From Malacoraja senta (Eukaryota), in the NCBI GenBank assembly GCA_038087875.1, contig CM075990.1, positions 13,518,001 to 13,578,000 on the forward strand: DNA of 60,000 nt, read 5' to 3'. Below the pieces are notes generated by a model. The model was not told the origin of the DNA, ran no database searches, and saw only the letters and a list, made by a program, of their open reading frames with translations. Made by a program: the position numbers and the translations under genes. Position 1 is the first letter of the stretch. Each line of letters begins with the position of its first letter. This document shows, one piece after another, positions 37,663-49,425 of this stretch.

Positions 37663-37737
37663 AAAATAACAAAATGAAATAAACAGCATCTGCTCCGTGG
37701 GAAGAATGGAGTGCTGTTTATTTCATTTTCCTATTTT
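37663..37737. other. Isolated long hairpin (18-bp perfect stem, extendable)
   Basis: aaaatgaaataaacagca (37671-37688) / tgctgtttatttcatttt (37712-37729). Confidence 0.8.
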
Positions 37738-37890
37738 TTAAATTATTAAAGCACAATCTGGGTTGAGTGGTTTTTAATCTGATTTGTATGCTGTGTATAT
37801 TGTACGGTACCAGACTCTAGGATGTTAAACCCGCTTGCTATCATTGCAAGCATATGCTAATTAAGTGAAGTGCCTGCAGATTACAGGGTA

Positions 37891-38120
37891 AAGGGCCTGT
37901 CCCACTTTCACGACCTAATTCACGACCTTTTTTTACTCGTGGACATTTTTCATTATGTTGAAAAATCGCCCCGACCTACTTGATGCCACGAGTACCTACG
38001 ACTAGCATCACGACCTACCTACGACCTCCTACAACCTTGTGACGACCATGCTGCGAGATTGAGTCAAGGGCAAACTCGGCAGAGGTCGTGAATTAGGTCG
38101 TGAAAGTGGGTCAGGCCCTT
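37891..38120. mobile_element. MITE (230 bp), TA TSD, internal (acgacct)-like repeats
   Basis: 38-bp TIRs aagggcctgtcccactttcacgacctaattcacgacct with 1 mismatch. Confidence 0.92.
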
Positions 38121-38882
38121 TAGGGCTGAAATAAGACAATCACTTCTCATAGTAGCAAGATAAATGTTTGTATCCAGGAAATTATTTTCAATAGGCATAA
38201 TTTTATACCCAGTCAGAGAAGGTTTTATTGGGGAAAGTGGGCAAACCCAAATGATTTTTTTTTTAAAGTTGCGTATATTTGTGGTATCAATTGTGTGGGC
38301 AAGTTGGGCTGAAGGGCCTGTTTCCACACTGTATCACTCTATGACTCTAATGGCAGTGTGTCTGTGATATCATTCGGCAACTTGCGGTCTGCAAGAAAAG
38401 GTGTATCTGTATTCATGTCGTACATTATGAAGCCTCTTAGAAATAGCTCCAAAGCCTTCAGATAATGTTGAGCCATTTTGAAATTAATTTCCTATACCTC
38501 TGTGGTCAAACATGACAGACACTTGGGGAGAGTAAGAACTCACAACTTCCAGTGGCTGGTCATCTGCAGTGTTGGGTGATGGGGAAGTTCACTCATGAAC
38601 TCAGAAACTCCCTGGCTTTTGTGAAGTTATGTCTGTGGATCACAACATTCACTGAAACAGATCTCACAATGGTGATATTTTCAACACTTTCAGATGGTCT
38701 CAGGACTGCGGAAGCAACCTATATTATGCACACAAATTCCAGGGCTTGTCAACACATGCTTCTTCTTCTTCTTTTGTATGATCTAGGCTAAGCATGAACT
38801 AGAGAGTGGTATGTGATGCTGTTTGTTTCCATTTGCTATTTATCATCATTGACAATTGCTTACAAAGTCAGATACAGATATG

Positions 38883-39182
38883 GGTGGCACAGCAGTAGAG
38901 CTGCTGCCTCACAGCACCAGAGACTCGGATTCGATCCTGACTACGGGTGCTGTCTGTGTGGAGTTTGCAGGTTCTCCCTGTGACCCCGTGGGTTTTTTCC
39001 GTGTGCTCCAGTTTCCTCCCACATTCCAAAGATGTGCAGGTTTGTAGGTTAATTGGCTTCTGTAAATTGTCCCTGGTGAGTAGGATGCGGAAGTGGGATA
39101 CTATAAAACTGGAGTACGGGTGATCAATGGTCCGCATGGACTTGATGGGCCGAAGGGTTTGTTTCTCTAAACTAAACTAAAC
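38883..39182 (+). mobile_element. tRNA-derived SINE (HE1/V-SINE type)
   Basis: Homologous to 3301-3616; (aaact)n tail. Confidence 0.85.
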
Positions 39183-39902
39183 ATCAGAGTCTTATCATGA
39201 ATTTGATGTAGCTTAGTTTAGTTTATTATTGTTTGCATGTACTGAGGTACAGTGAAAAGCTTTTGTTTGCATGCTATCCAGTCAAAGAAGAGACTATCAA
39301 TGATTACAATCAAGCTGTCCACAATGCACACATAAAGGATAAAGTATACAGCATTTAGTGCAAGATAACAGGATGATATTTAATTTGAGGGTTGAAGGAC
39401 AATCAGGACAGTTGCAAGAGGTCCCTTTTTGAATTGTGCTGAATATGACAGAACGTTAGTTTATCATCTCATCAGAAAGATGGCAAGATCATCAATACAC
39501 GCATTCTCCGTGCTGCATTGAACAATGTGCTTAGATTTGTTTTTAAGTCGACCAACTGAAAAAAGTTGTCAGCAACTTCATGAAGTCGAACTTTGGACCA
39601 TAATTAGTTTGTGTGTGTCACACACCTAATTTGTGCAGTGTAAGATTTTTTAACAAAATGATTTAGTGATAGGAACACGCACACCCCAGTCATTCTCTTT
39701 TCTTCCCACTCCTATCAGGAAGAAGATATAAAAACTTGAAAGCACATGCCACCAAATTCAAGTAGAGCTTCTTCCCTGCTGTAATGACATTCTTGAAAGG
39801 GTTGCTCTTATGCTTACGATATATTCCTGATGTTCCAATCCACTTCACTGCCCTTGCACTTTAAAACAAATCTGCACTTTCTCTGTAGTTGTTACACTGT
39901 CA

Positions 39903-40835
39903 GTGTGGGCGCTGCAAGCCGGCAGCCCTGTCAGCAGCGTGTTAGTCTTTTCAACTTTTTAAATTTTTTTTGTGTGTTTTAATGTATATTTTTAATGTTT
40001 CTTTGTGTGTCTTGTGTGGGGGGGTGGTGTGGGGGGGTAAGGGGGAAACCGTTTCGGTCGCCTCCTCCACGGAGAGACGACTTTTTCCATGTCGCCTCCC
40101 CCGTGGCCTAAGATTGAGGATTGGGCGGCCTTTCCCGGAGACGCGCCCGGGGCTTCAGCGGCGGGCACAGCGCGGACTCTCGGCGTGGAGCGGGCGTGCC
40201 CTCGCCGGGGCTCGCCGGAGGGGAGTGCTCCGTTTCGCTGGCCCGCGGCAGCCGGCAACCTGAAGCCGTGGTCCGCAGGGCTCCAGCTGGCGCGGCGTCC
40301 GCAGCCTGGGATCCCTCGTGGGGGACCCGGGAGGAGAAGAAGATCTGACCGGCGGCCCACGGCCTACTTCTACCGCGGGCCCGGCATGGACTTACCATCA
40401 CCCCTGGAGGGGAGCTTCGACCGCCGACCCTGCGGTCTGCGGTGCTTCTGGCTGCGGCACGGCGGGAACTTTAAATCTTCGACCGCTGGCCTGCGGCCTA
40501 CACCAACCCGAAGCCGCGGTCTCCGGTGGGGAAGAGCCGACTCTGGACTTACCTGGACTTTTACCTGTCTGTACATCTGGACGCCCGCAGCGACGGCTGC
40601 GGAGGGTTGAGGTCCTGACCACGGGGGAAAATGGAAAATGGAATGGGAAAATGGAGGAGGACTGACCAATATTTGTGCCTTGCACCACAGTTATGAATGC
40701 TGTGGTGGATGTTTGTGTTAATTTTTTTGTGTGTTTTGGGTGTTCTTTATCATTGTACCGCTGCTGGCAAATTCATTTCACTTGCACTTTATGTGCAATG
40801 TGACGAATAAAACCGTATTGTATATTGTATTGTAC
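39903..40835 (+). mobile_element. GC-rich composite non-coding retroposon with LINE-type 3' tail
   Basis: CpG-rich body; ends gtgacgAATAAAaccgtattgtatattgtattgta; blocks shared with 47843-48476. Confidence 0.65.
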
Positions 40836-41437
40836 TATATTCTATATATTTTGTTTATTTTCTCCGTGACGATGCTCAATGACTCGTGTATGATTGAGTT
40901 TATGTATGGTATGATCTGCCTGGATTGCATGCAAAACTGTTTTTTTCACTGTATCACAGTACAACCATCGACAATAAACCAATGTTAATACCATTTAAAA
41001 AAAATTACAATGTGCCCTGCAAAATTACTGTTCTAAAAAGAATATTCTAGCAATGGGCACTGGAGATAAGCAAAGCGTGTGCAAGTTTAGAATATAAAAT
41101 GTTAGCGGTTCATGACACAGTGTATGAAATGTTCTTTTGAAGTTTCTCTCAGTTACAACAACTGGAATTTATTTTATTTCTATATGTACTTTTTTATTGT
41201 TCTATCTTCAGATTTTGTATAATACCAAGACTTAAATCAATTTGCTAAAAGCAGAGATTTAGAAAATGTGTGTTATTTACTTTGGACAAATCATAGTTCT
41301 ATGGTTGTAACTGCTCTTACATAAATTCTACCATGATTGGGGCTGATAGATTTGGTTAAACTGTTCAAAATGAACAGTAGTAATACAACATGGAATTGTC
41401 CATGGAAATTTAGGCAATGGGCCAAGATGGATTCGAG

Positions 41438-41625
41438 GAAGGTAGACAAAATTGCTGGAGAAACTCAGCGGGTGCGGCAGCATCTATGGAGCGAAGGAAA
41501 TAGGCAATGTTTCGGGCCGAAACGTTGCCTATTTCCTTCGCTCCATAGATGCTGCCACACCCGCTGAGTTTCTCCAGCACTTTTGTCTACCTTCGATTTT
41601 CCAGCATCTGCAGTTCCTTCTTAAA
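41438..41625. repeat. Penelope 3' module with 5' inverted copy (hairpin 41438-41594)
   Basis: Arms of about 78 bp centred on tttcgggccgaaa. Confidence 0.88.
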
Positions 41626-44600
41626 CATGTCAATTGCTCTTAACAAGTGAGACTTGAACTAGCAGCCATCTGCTTCAGAGTGCAAAATGCTTCCCACCAG
41701 ATTACAGCTGGTAATGCATTCATAATATAGAATAAAAACCTTTGAACTAATGCGATATTCCAAAGAAGTCTGGATTTTTTGATGTCCACATTTTCATAGC
41801 CTCCGATTGAGGTGGCAATTGGTGCAACTATTAGTGCTGTTGCCCCAATGCTCCAAGGGTCTGGATTTAATCCCAGCCTCTAGTCGTAGTTGAGGTGTGC
41901 AGTATATGAATGTTCTTCATGATCTCATGGCTTTCCTCCAGGTGTTCTTGTCAGTAGCATGCTGGCAGCTTAATTGGATACAGTAAATATGAGTTAATGG
42001 AGGCTGGTGGCAAAAAGAATCAAAGGAGAGTTGCTGGGCATGTATGAGAGAGAATAAATTGCTGGGGTATAGCACAATAAGGAGAGGTGGAATGGGATTT
42101 CTCCCAAAGAGCCATCATGGACTTAATGGGCTTGCATAGCCTCCTTTGTTGTTGCCTGTGTAAGATAAAGAGTGAATCTTCCACTTAATTTTGATGTTCT
42201 TATTTCTGCTCTAAATGAAAGAACCTGTGGAAGGCAGTTCTTAAATCAGACAAAAAATCCTGGAATCTTTTGGAAGTTAGCAATATCAGGGTCCAGCAGT
42301 TCCTTTGTGTATTGTAGCCAAGGCGACTGAGTTTCTGTTCCACAGTTGTTGTTCCTAAGAATAAGTCAATGGTCGCAGAAGTCCAATGAATAAAGACAGA
42401 ATCGGGCAGAATCTGCCACAGGAAAGAAATAGGCTATGATTATTCCTCAAAATTGGTTTATGTTGCAGATTCCTGTCCCTGAGGTCAGGGCTCTTACGAT
42501 ATATGGTTGCAGGTGACAGTGGGTGTGAAATAGCAGTATGTGTTAACTGAATGCAGAAGCTAGTCCCTGGTACAAGGAAATCTGATCACAGCGCAGAAGT
42601 AAATTTCAACAGTTTCTGTCCTTACATCTAGGATATATTAATTAAAATATTATTAATTTCATGTTTGAATGTTACTGGGTCCGTTGATGGAATTTCAAAG
42701 CCTGCAATTTCTGATTGCAAAACATTTGGTCCTGGTTTATTGATGGAGAAGTCAAACCCACTGAAGCAAACAGCCAAACTATTAACACCCCATTAATCCC
42801 AATAAATGAAATCTAGCAATAAACGTGGAAAAAGTAAAGGTCAATCCAAATTAAAATGGTGATATCTCAAGATTGGTTTGCTATGAAAACAGAATAATTG
42901 TCTTTCATTTAAATTGGAATGAAATATGGATTTTGATGGATGACCTTTTGGACCAATCCTTTGAGCAAGAAAGGATTGCCTGGGAAATTAAATAAAATTA
43001 TACAATTATACAGTTGGAAAAGTTTCTACAGTTAAATGTGATAATAACGATTTCCAGATTGCTCTGCACCACTCTGGAATTTCTGTGTGTGATACAACCT
43101 TCAGGAGTTCCAGTCAACATGACCACTTGACCGGGAATTCCTGAAGACTCTGGGACTACGGATGCTGGCCATCGCATTCCCCCACCCCTCAGTTGTGACA
43201 CCCAGTCAGCACATTTCCACAACCTTAACCATTTAATGCTTTTAACTGCCATTAAACCATCCTTGGCTATCTCCTCAAGAGAAGATACCCAGTCTGTTCA
43301 TCCTTTCCTGATATGCAAACCTTACATTTCTGTTAGTAACGTAAATCTCTCTATGCCCTCTCCCATATCTCTATATTCATATTATATGTTGACAAGGCTG
43401 TAAAAGTACTCTTAAATGTGCTGTAACCAATGATGAGCAATACTTCCCAACTTATCAATTCTGTCCCTTTTGAAATAAATTCTAGACATTACATACAATC
43501 TTTTATGGTATCAATAAATGGTTTACTGTAGGGTGGTTTTAATTGGTAGGTGACTAGTTGGAACCCATTTGGCTCCCTTTACTAATGGGATTTAAAAAAT
43601 GCATTGTGAGTATTTACATAACATGTTAATGTACATCAGTATTTTGGGCCAATTTGCAGTCTGTGGTCTTGCATTTTTTTGTATTATCATCCTTCAGTGA
43701 TTTATTCAGATTCAGTGCAAATACATCTTTTGAGCACTCTGTTGCCTCTATCACAAAACAACAGCAAGACACAAGACGTAGTGAGATGCGAATCATTTTA
43801 TAGCTGTTATGTCCAATGTATTTTTTTTTTCATTTTAATCAATGTATTCCATTAATTGCAAAAGGATTTTTGTTCCTGACACTCTATGTGGTGCCCAACC
43901 ATCATTCAAACCAAAGTTAAATAAATTACATTGCAAGTTAATATAGGCGCATGAAAAAAGTCTACTATTACAGTATATCCTGAAATTAAAGCATTGAGCT
44001 GTACAGCACGGAAATGGCCCTTCAGCCTATCTTGTCCACCTTTAAAAAGTGATTAAAATGGAAAATCCTACATTTGACTGATCATATTAATTTAAATTGC
44101 AGAAAAGTTGGATATTTTATTACACAGGCAGAGGTTGAGTTGTTGGCAGGTAATGAAAGCAACATTTGTTAGTTATGCCACTGCTGGGACACAGACATTT
44201 AGATAGAGAAAAGATGTTAATATTTCAGATGCAGGCATGTCAGAATCTCTGATACTGTGCTTGTTTGAAGCATTAATTCATTTTTGTTCTGTTCAATGGA
44301 CTGGCTCTGCATCTACTGACGTTACTTTAAGCATTTACATTTTTTTTCCTGTCGATCCAATGTGACTTCAAATACAGAAAGAGAGGACAGTTGTGACTCT
44401 GGTTCAATTCCAAACACAGGCATTGGTTGGTGGCTTCATCACTGAGAGGGATGGAAGGAATGAGAACTGCACCTCCCAGTCAAGCAGTCAACTGTGCCAG
44501 TGCCAAAGCAGGAACAGACATAGCTTCAAAGAGTGCAGTGCCTTTATTCCTTATCACTGAATCAATAAATAATTTCTAGAGCCGATCGTCAGCTTTGAAA

Positions 44601-45066
44601 GAAATAAAAACACTTGCTTCTGGAAATATCCAGAGTCAAAATTACACACACTTTTTGGAAAGAAAAGATTAAGGAGGGCAGAAGGGGCTGCTGGACAGAA
44701 GGAGCTGTTAAAATTGTGGGTCATCATAATGACTGTTATTGGTGATTTCATTAGCAGGTTAAAGACCTAAAACTAAGTCCGGGCTTGTAGACGCAGCAGA
44801 TACCATTTCTGAAATGTCAATTATCTTGTGATATTTTTATATGAGTTGCTGTTATAATGTGAACTAATAACTAAACGTGCTATAGGTCAACAAGACCACA
44901 ACAAGAACAAATAAGCAACTAAGATTCTTGAGAGGATATACAATTGAAAAGTTGGGAAGTTATACTAGCCCTGTATTTAAACTACATTAAGAGGAATCTA
45001 CAGTATTTTGAACAGTTATTGTTATATCATTAAAAAATCACAGAGCAACAGGAGGGTTACAAAGAT

Positions 45067-45587
45067 TTTTTTTAAATTTTTTAAAAATATTTTAATTTTA
45101 TTAGAAGTAAGTACAATTGTATACAATCATATTTTCATAATACCTTTTATGTACAGCTTCTTATTTTTTAAATTTTTTGTAATAAAGAAGAAAAAGAAAA
45201 AAGTTAGATAATGAAAAATAGAAAAATGTGAGATATATAGTGTGTGAAAAAGAAAAATAGAGAGTGAAAAAAGAAAGTTGAGACATAGAAAATAGAAGAA
45301 AGAGAGTAAAAGAAGAAAAGAGAAGAAAAGAAAATAGAAGTAAGGAGATCATTTATAATCTTGACCATCCGCAGTCACGGATTAGCTTTTACACTTGTGT
45401 TGCACCATATGTTTCCAAAAAGACGACAAATGGAGACCAACTCGTTATGAATTGGTCAAATTTATCTATTAGGAGGAATCGCATTTCCTCAAGATGTGCG
45501 GTATCCAACAGACTTGCAATCCACATTTTGAGCGTTGGTATTGGTGTATTTTTCCAAAATTTCAATATTAATGTTTTTGCTATTATT
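45067..45587 (-). mobile_element. 5'-truncated L1 fragment, same family as 6548-10959
   Basis: Highly similar to about 6570-7080; 15-bp TSD gagggttacaaagat at 45052-45066 and 45588-45602; sits in an old CR1. Confidence 0.92.
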
Positions 45588-45680
45588 GAGGGTTACAAAG
45601 ATGATGCAGAGATATAACATCTTGTATACCAGGAAAGGATGAACATACTGGGGCTCCTCATGAAAAGATAGCTGAGGGGT

Positions 45681-45858
45681 CTTCTTCTTATCGAGTCCAC
45701 ACACAAGATTAGAAGTTGTTCAGCCAGAGCTGAACACACGTCTCGGCATCTGCATACAATGGTGTCCGTCTTATCGCTTCTTGTGCTTCTTGTGCGTGGC
45801 GGTTGAAAGATTGGTGGAAAAAGCGGGGCCGCGACGTGAACGCTCTTTCCTTGACCCC
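45681..45858 (-). mobile_element. Short retroposon 3' fragment with (AAG)n tail, probably RTE-type
   Basis: Begins cttcttctt on +; 11-bp TSD agc(t/c)gaggggt at 45670-45680 and 45859-45869 interrupting CR1 ...ctgaggggtgacct. Confidence 0.65.
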
Positions 45859-46362
45859 AGCCGAGGGGTGACCTAATAGATATTTTTAAACTAATGCAAG
45901 GTTTGACAGAGAGAGTAAAGAGAGAATGTTTCACTGGTGGCATAGTACATAACAGGAGACCGTTAAATTTTGGATTGTTACAAATATATTCATGAGGAAT
46001 CTTTCATCCAAATAATGAAGAGATTGTGGAACTTGTTACGACAGGAATAGTTGAACAAAATTACCACAGATGTATGTAAGAGGAGGCTGACAAGTATATG
46101 TGTGGGAGAAGGGAAAATTGAACTTAGATGAGGAAATACAAGAGGAGATTTGAGTGTTTCATATATGCTGGCATTGATTATTGGGCTGAATGTCCTATCC
46201 AGTGCCTTATACAACTCATGTGTTTTCGGCTTCCTATCTTTTTGTAATGCAATTTTAGGACATCTGTATGCTAAATTAAAACTGGAAAACCTTGTACAGT
46301 TGCATGTTAAAAGCAATACAGCTAATATGTTTTGAGGTGAAATAGTTTGAAGCACTGAGTTT

Positions 46363-46552
46363 ACATAGAAACATAGAAAGTAGGTGCAGGAGTAGGCCAT
46401 TCGGCCCTTCGAGCTGATCATCCAGAATCAGTAACCTGTTCCTGCTTTTTCTCCATATTGCTTGATTCCGTTAGCCCTAAGAGCTATATCTAACTCTCTC
46501 TTGAATACATCCAGTGAATTGGCCTCCACTGCTTCTGTGGCAGAGAATTCAG
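46363..46552 (-). mobile_element. CR1 3' fragment
   Basis: (catagaaa)n tail, gtaggccattcggcccttcgag. Confidence 0.85.
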
Positions 46553-46764
46553 AGTTAAACTAGATTCAGAGTTAAACTAGAATACAGTATCTGATGCTTC
46601 TTGTGTTCCTTGTTCTCTCAATGTTTATGCTTGTTTCCCTTTGCCAATGCTGATTTTGTGTTTTGTCTTATGTTAATGAGATGAGAAAAGTTCCCATGTC
46701 AAAATGTCAAAAGATCAGATACCAGCTATACAGGGAGAAACAGGGTCGACTTTTGATGTCAATG

Positions 46765-47050
46765 AACCCCCCTCTCTCAAACCCCCCCCTCTCTCCCCCC
46801 TCCTCTCGCCCCCCCCCTCTCCCCTCTCCCCCCCACCCCTCCCTCTCCCCCACTCCCCCCTCTCCCCCACCCCCCTCTCCCCCGCTCCCCCCTCTCTCCC
46901 CCCTCCTCTCTCTCCCTCTCCCCTCCCCCTCTCTCCCCCCTCTCACCCCCCTCCACCCCTGTGTGTGTGGGGGGTGGTTGGTGTGTGTGACGCTGCAGCC
47001 CCACAACCGCGCGTTGAGGGACAGGACCCAACGGGTCCCCCTTGGTCTAG
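46765..47050 (+). mobile_element. Helitron-like 3' terminus preceded by a C-rich low-complexity tract
   Basis: Hairpin GGACCC-AAC-GGGTCC (47024-47038), 8 nt, then CTAG|T at 47047-47051; 5' end not identified. Confidence 0.65.
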
Positions 47051-47842
47051 TGACCATTAAATGCGTGTATCTCTCCATAGGTGCGGCTTGGTTCTGTTGA
47101 GAGGTCCGACAACTTTCTGTATTTGTTTTGCATTTTCAGCATCTGCAGTTTTTTTTGCTCCAATAATCAGAAATTAAAATGGCAAAGAGTGATTAATTTC
47201 CACAGGAAATTCTATCCTTAATTTTGTGCAGTGCGTGTTATTTACAGTGATCACACTCAGACATTTATTTGATTAGCATAACCAATCCAACCTGGATTAG
47301 ATTAATATTAGACATCTGTGTGACATTGTAACGATTATAATGCAGACTGTGCAGTGCTATCTTTGGAATGAAACAAGCCAAGAATAATGCAGCTTGTAAT
47401 TTTAGATTGATAGCCTCGAGGTCAGCCAACTTCACAAGGATGAATCTTCAGAGGTTTACGTCTCTGCAGTTTCCCTACCGGTACTTCCCTCCCCCTACGG
47501 GTTAAGTACAGTAAATTGGTGAAAATCCATGTCCCTGTTGCCTGTACATCATCTGCTGGATGGAACAGACAGATTGTCTGAATGGAATTTCACTGTCACA
47601 GAGTTTCTTCCATTCTACCTCTATTAATCATTTTCATGTGCACAAAATCTTATGAATGGCATGCCATAACTGAGGTTAATGTTAATGGCGAGATATAGCA
47701 ATAATCTTTGTTACATTTCCAAAATGTTGTGAATAGATGAACATCCAAACTACAGCCAAGAGCGACATGTAGCATGCCAACTCTGATATTCTGGCTCACA
47801 TAACTCTGCGAATACATTTCGTTTAACTTAGCTTACCGGGTT

Positions 47843-48476
47843 TGCGCCGTACGATGGCAGCCTCGCCAACAGTCTGTCTTGTTTTTTTCTCCTTTCGTTG
47901 TTTTTAGTGTGTTGTTAAATGTATGTTTTAGTGTATCTTTAGTGTTGTATTATGTGGGGGATGGGGGGTGGGGGAAACATTTTTTAATCTCTTTCCTCGA
48001 CGGAGATGCGACTTTTTCCGTGTCGCTCTCCGTCCGCACTGTGGCCTAACATCATGGAGCTGGCGGGCCTTTTGCTGGGGATCAACTTCGGGAGCTCCAA
48101 CCGCGGAAGCTTGCGGACTTCACACCGTGGAGCTCGAAGTCCCTTGGTTAGGGATCGACTTCAAGAGCTCCAACCACAGGAGCCTGCGGACTTCACACTG
48201 TGGAGCTCGCAGTCCCTTGGTTAGGAGGAGCTTCGACCATCCCGATCGTGGGAGCTTTGATCGGCAGCTGCGGGAGCTTCGATCGCCCCAACTGTGGATG
48301 GTTTGACTGCCCCGACCATGGGAGAAAGGGAGGGAAGAAGATAATACGTTATTGCCTTCCATCACAGTGTAGCTGTGGTGGATTTTTATATTAATTTTTA
48401 TGTAGTTGTGTGTCTTGTTGCTTTTTTTGGTATGACTGTATGGCAAATCATATTCCTTGTATGTTGGGTCCATACT
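47843..48476 (+). mobile_element. GC-rich composite retroposon related to 39903-40835, with internal tandem repeats
   Basis: Shared acggaga..cgactttttcc..tgtcgc, gtggcctaa, ggagcttcga units, cacagt...gctgtggtggat; about 70-bp unit duplicated in 48085-48240. Confidence 0.62.
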
Positions 48477-48696
48477 CCAGCTTTTTGTGTCCCTGTTGAA
48501 ACAACCTTGTGCAGAGACTGTGAGTTAGCCTTTATCCATCTCAAGTGTGGAGCATGGCGATTCTGTGTGCGCCGGTCCCAGAAGAGCCAAATCAGCGGAT
48601 ATTTTTAAGGCAGAGATAGACAAATTCTTGATTAGAACGGGTGTCAAGGGTTATGGGGAGAAGGCAGGAAAATGGGATTAGGAGGCAGAGATCATC

Positions 48697-49097
48697 AGGT
48701 CAGGTCGGGGGAGTTCCCCCCGCCACGGGTACCATGTAATCCCGTGCTACCTGCTCCATGGTCGGATAGTCGGCGACTAAACCGTCTCCCCCACCTGGTT
48801 AGCCAGGTGAGGAGGGGGCTGTGGACCACCAGCAGGACCATAAACAAGAACTGTCAAAGAGCGGATGAGCTAGCGAGCCAACGGCCATCCACACTTCAGT
48901 AGAAGTTGCGATCACTGTCGTACATAGCATTGTAAGGAATGATGATAAAGCACACACACACCAAATTCCTATACTTCCAGCGGCGGAAGTCCGCAGGAAC
49001 TAGGGGACAGAGATGTATGGTGCGTCCGTCACCATTCCCGTAGGAAACCAGCACCACTGCGTCACTAATGTTTTCAACGATGATGACGATGTTGATG
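48697..49097 (+). mobile_element. Two stacked short retroposon fragments ending in (CA)n and (GAT)n tails
   Basis: ...gatgataaagcacacacaca at 48960; ...caacgatgatgacgatgttgatg at 49097. Confidence 0.45.
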
Positions 49098-49144
49098 GTT
49101 GTATGTTTTTACATACTTGGCTAATAAATTAATTACAATTACAA

Positions 49145-49425
49145 TTTAGTTTAGAGATACAGCGCAGAAACAGGCTTTTCGGCCCACTGACCAGCGATCC
49201 CCTGTACACATTAACACTATCTACACACACTGGGGACAATTTACTTCAATACCAAGCCAATTAACCTACAAACCTGTACGTCTTTAGAGTGTGGGAGGAA
49301 ACAGAAGATCTTGGAGAAAACCCACTCAAGTCACAGGGAGAACGTACAAACTCCATACAGACAGAACTCGTAGTCAGGATCGGACCCAGGTCTCTGGCGC
49401 TGTAAGGCAGCAACTCTACCGCCAC
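49145..49425 (-). mobile_element. tRNA-derived SINE (HE1/V-SINE type)
   Basis: Reverse complement of the 3301-3616 family; (tttag)n tail. Confidence 0.85.

Noticed and set aside
37960..38050. CRISPR-like array
   Set aside because: Short degenerate acgacct repeats inside a MITE; no spacers or cas genes; eukaryotic context
39970..40688. Many overlapping ORFs and a CpG-island-like promoter
   Set aside because: The region is a repeat with a paralogue at 47843-48476; ORFs in all frames reflect GC content
46663..47100. Proline-rich or glycine-rich ORFs
   Set aside because: Translation of a low-complexity C/T tract
48760..48825. Twister ribozyme (TAA...GAGGG pattern)
   Set aside because: Lacks the P4 loop/pseudoknot signature and a convincing P1
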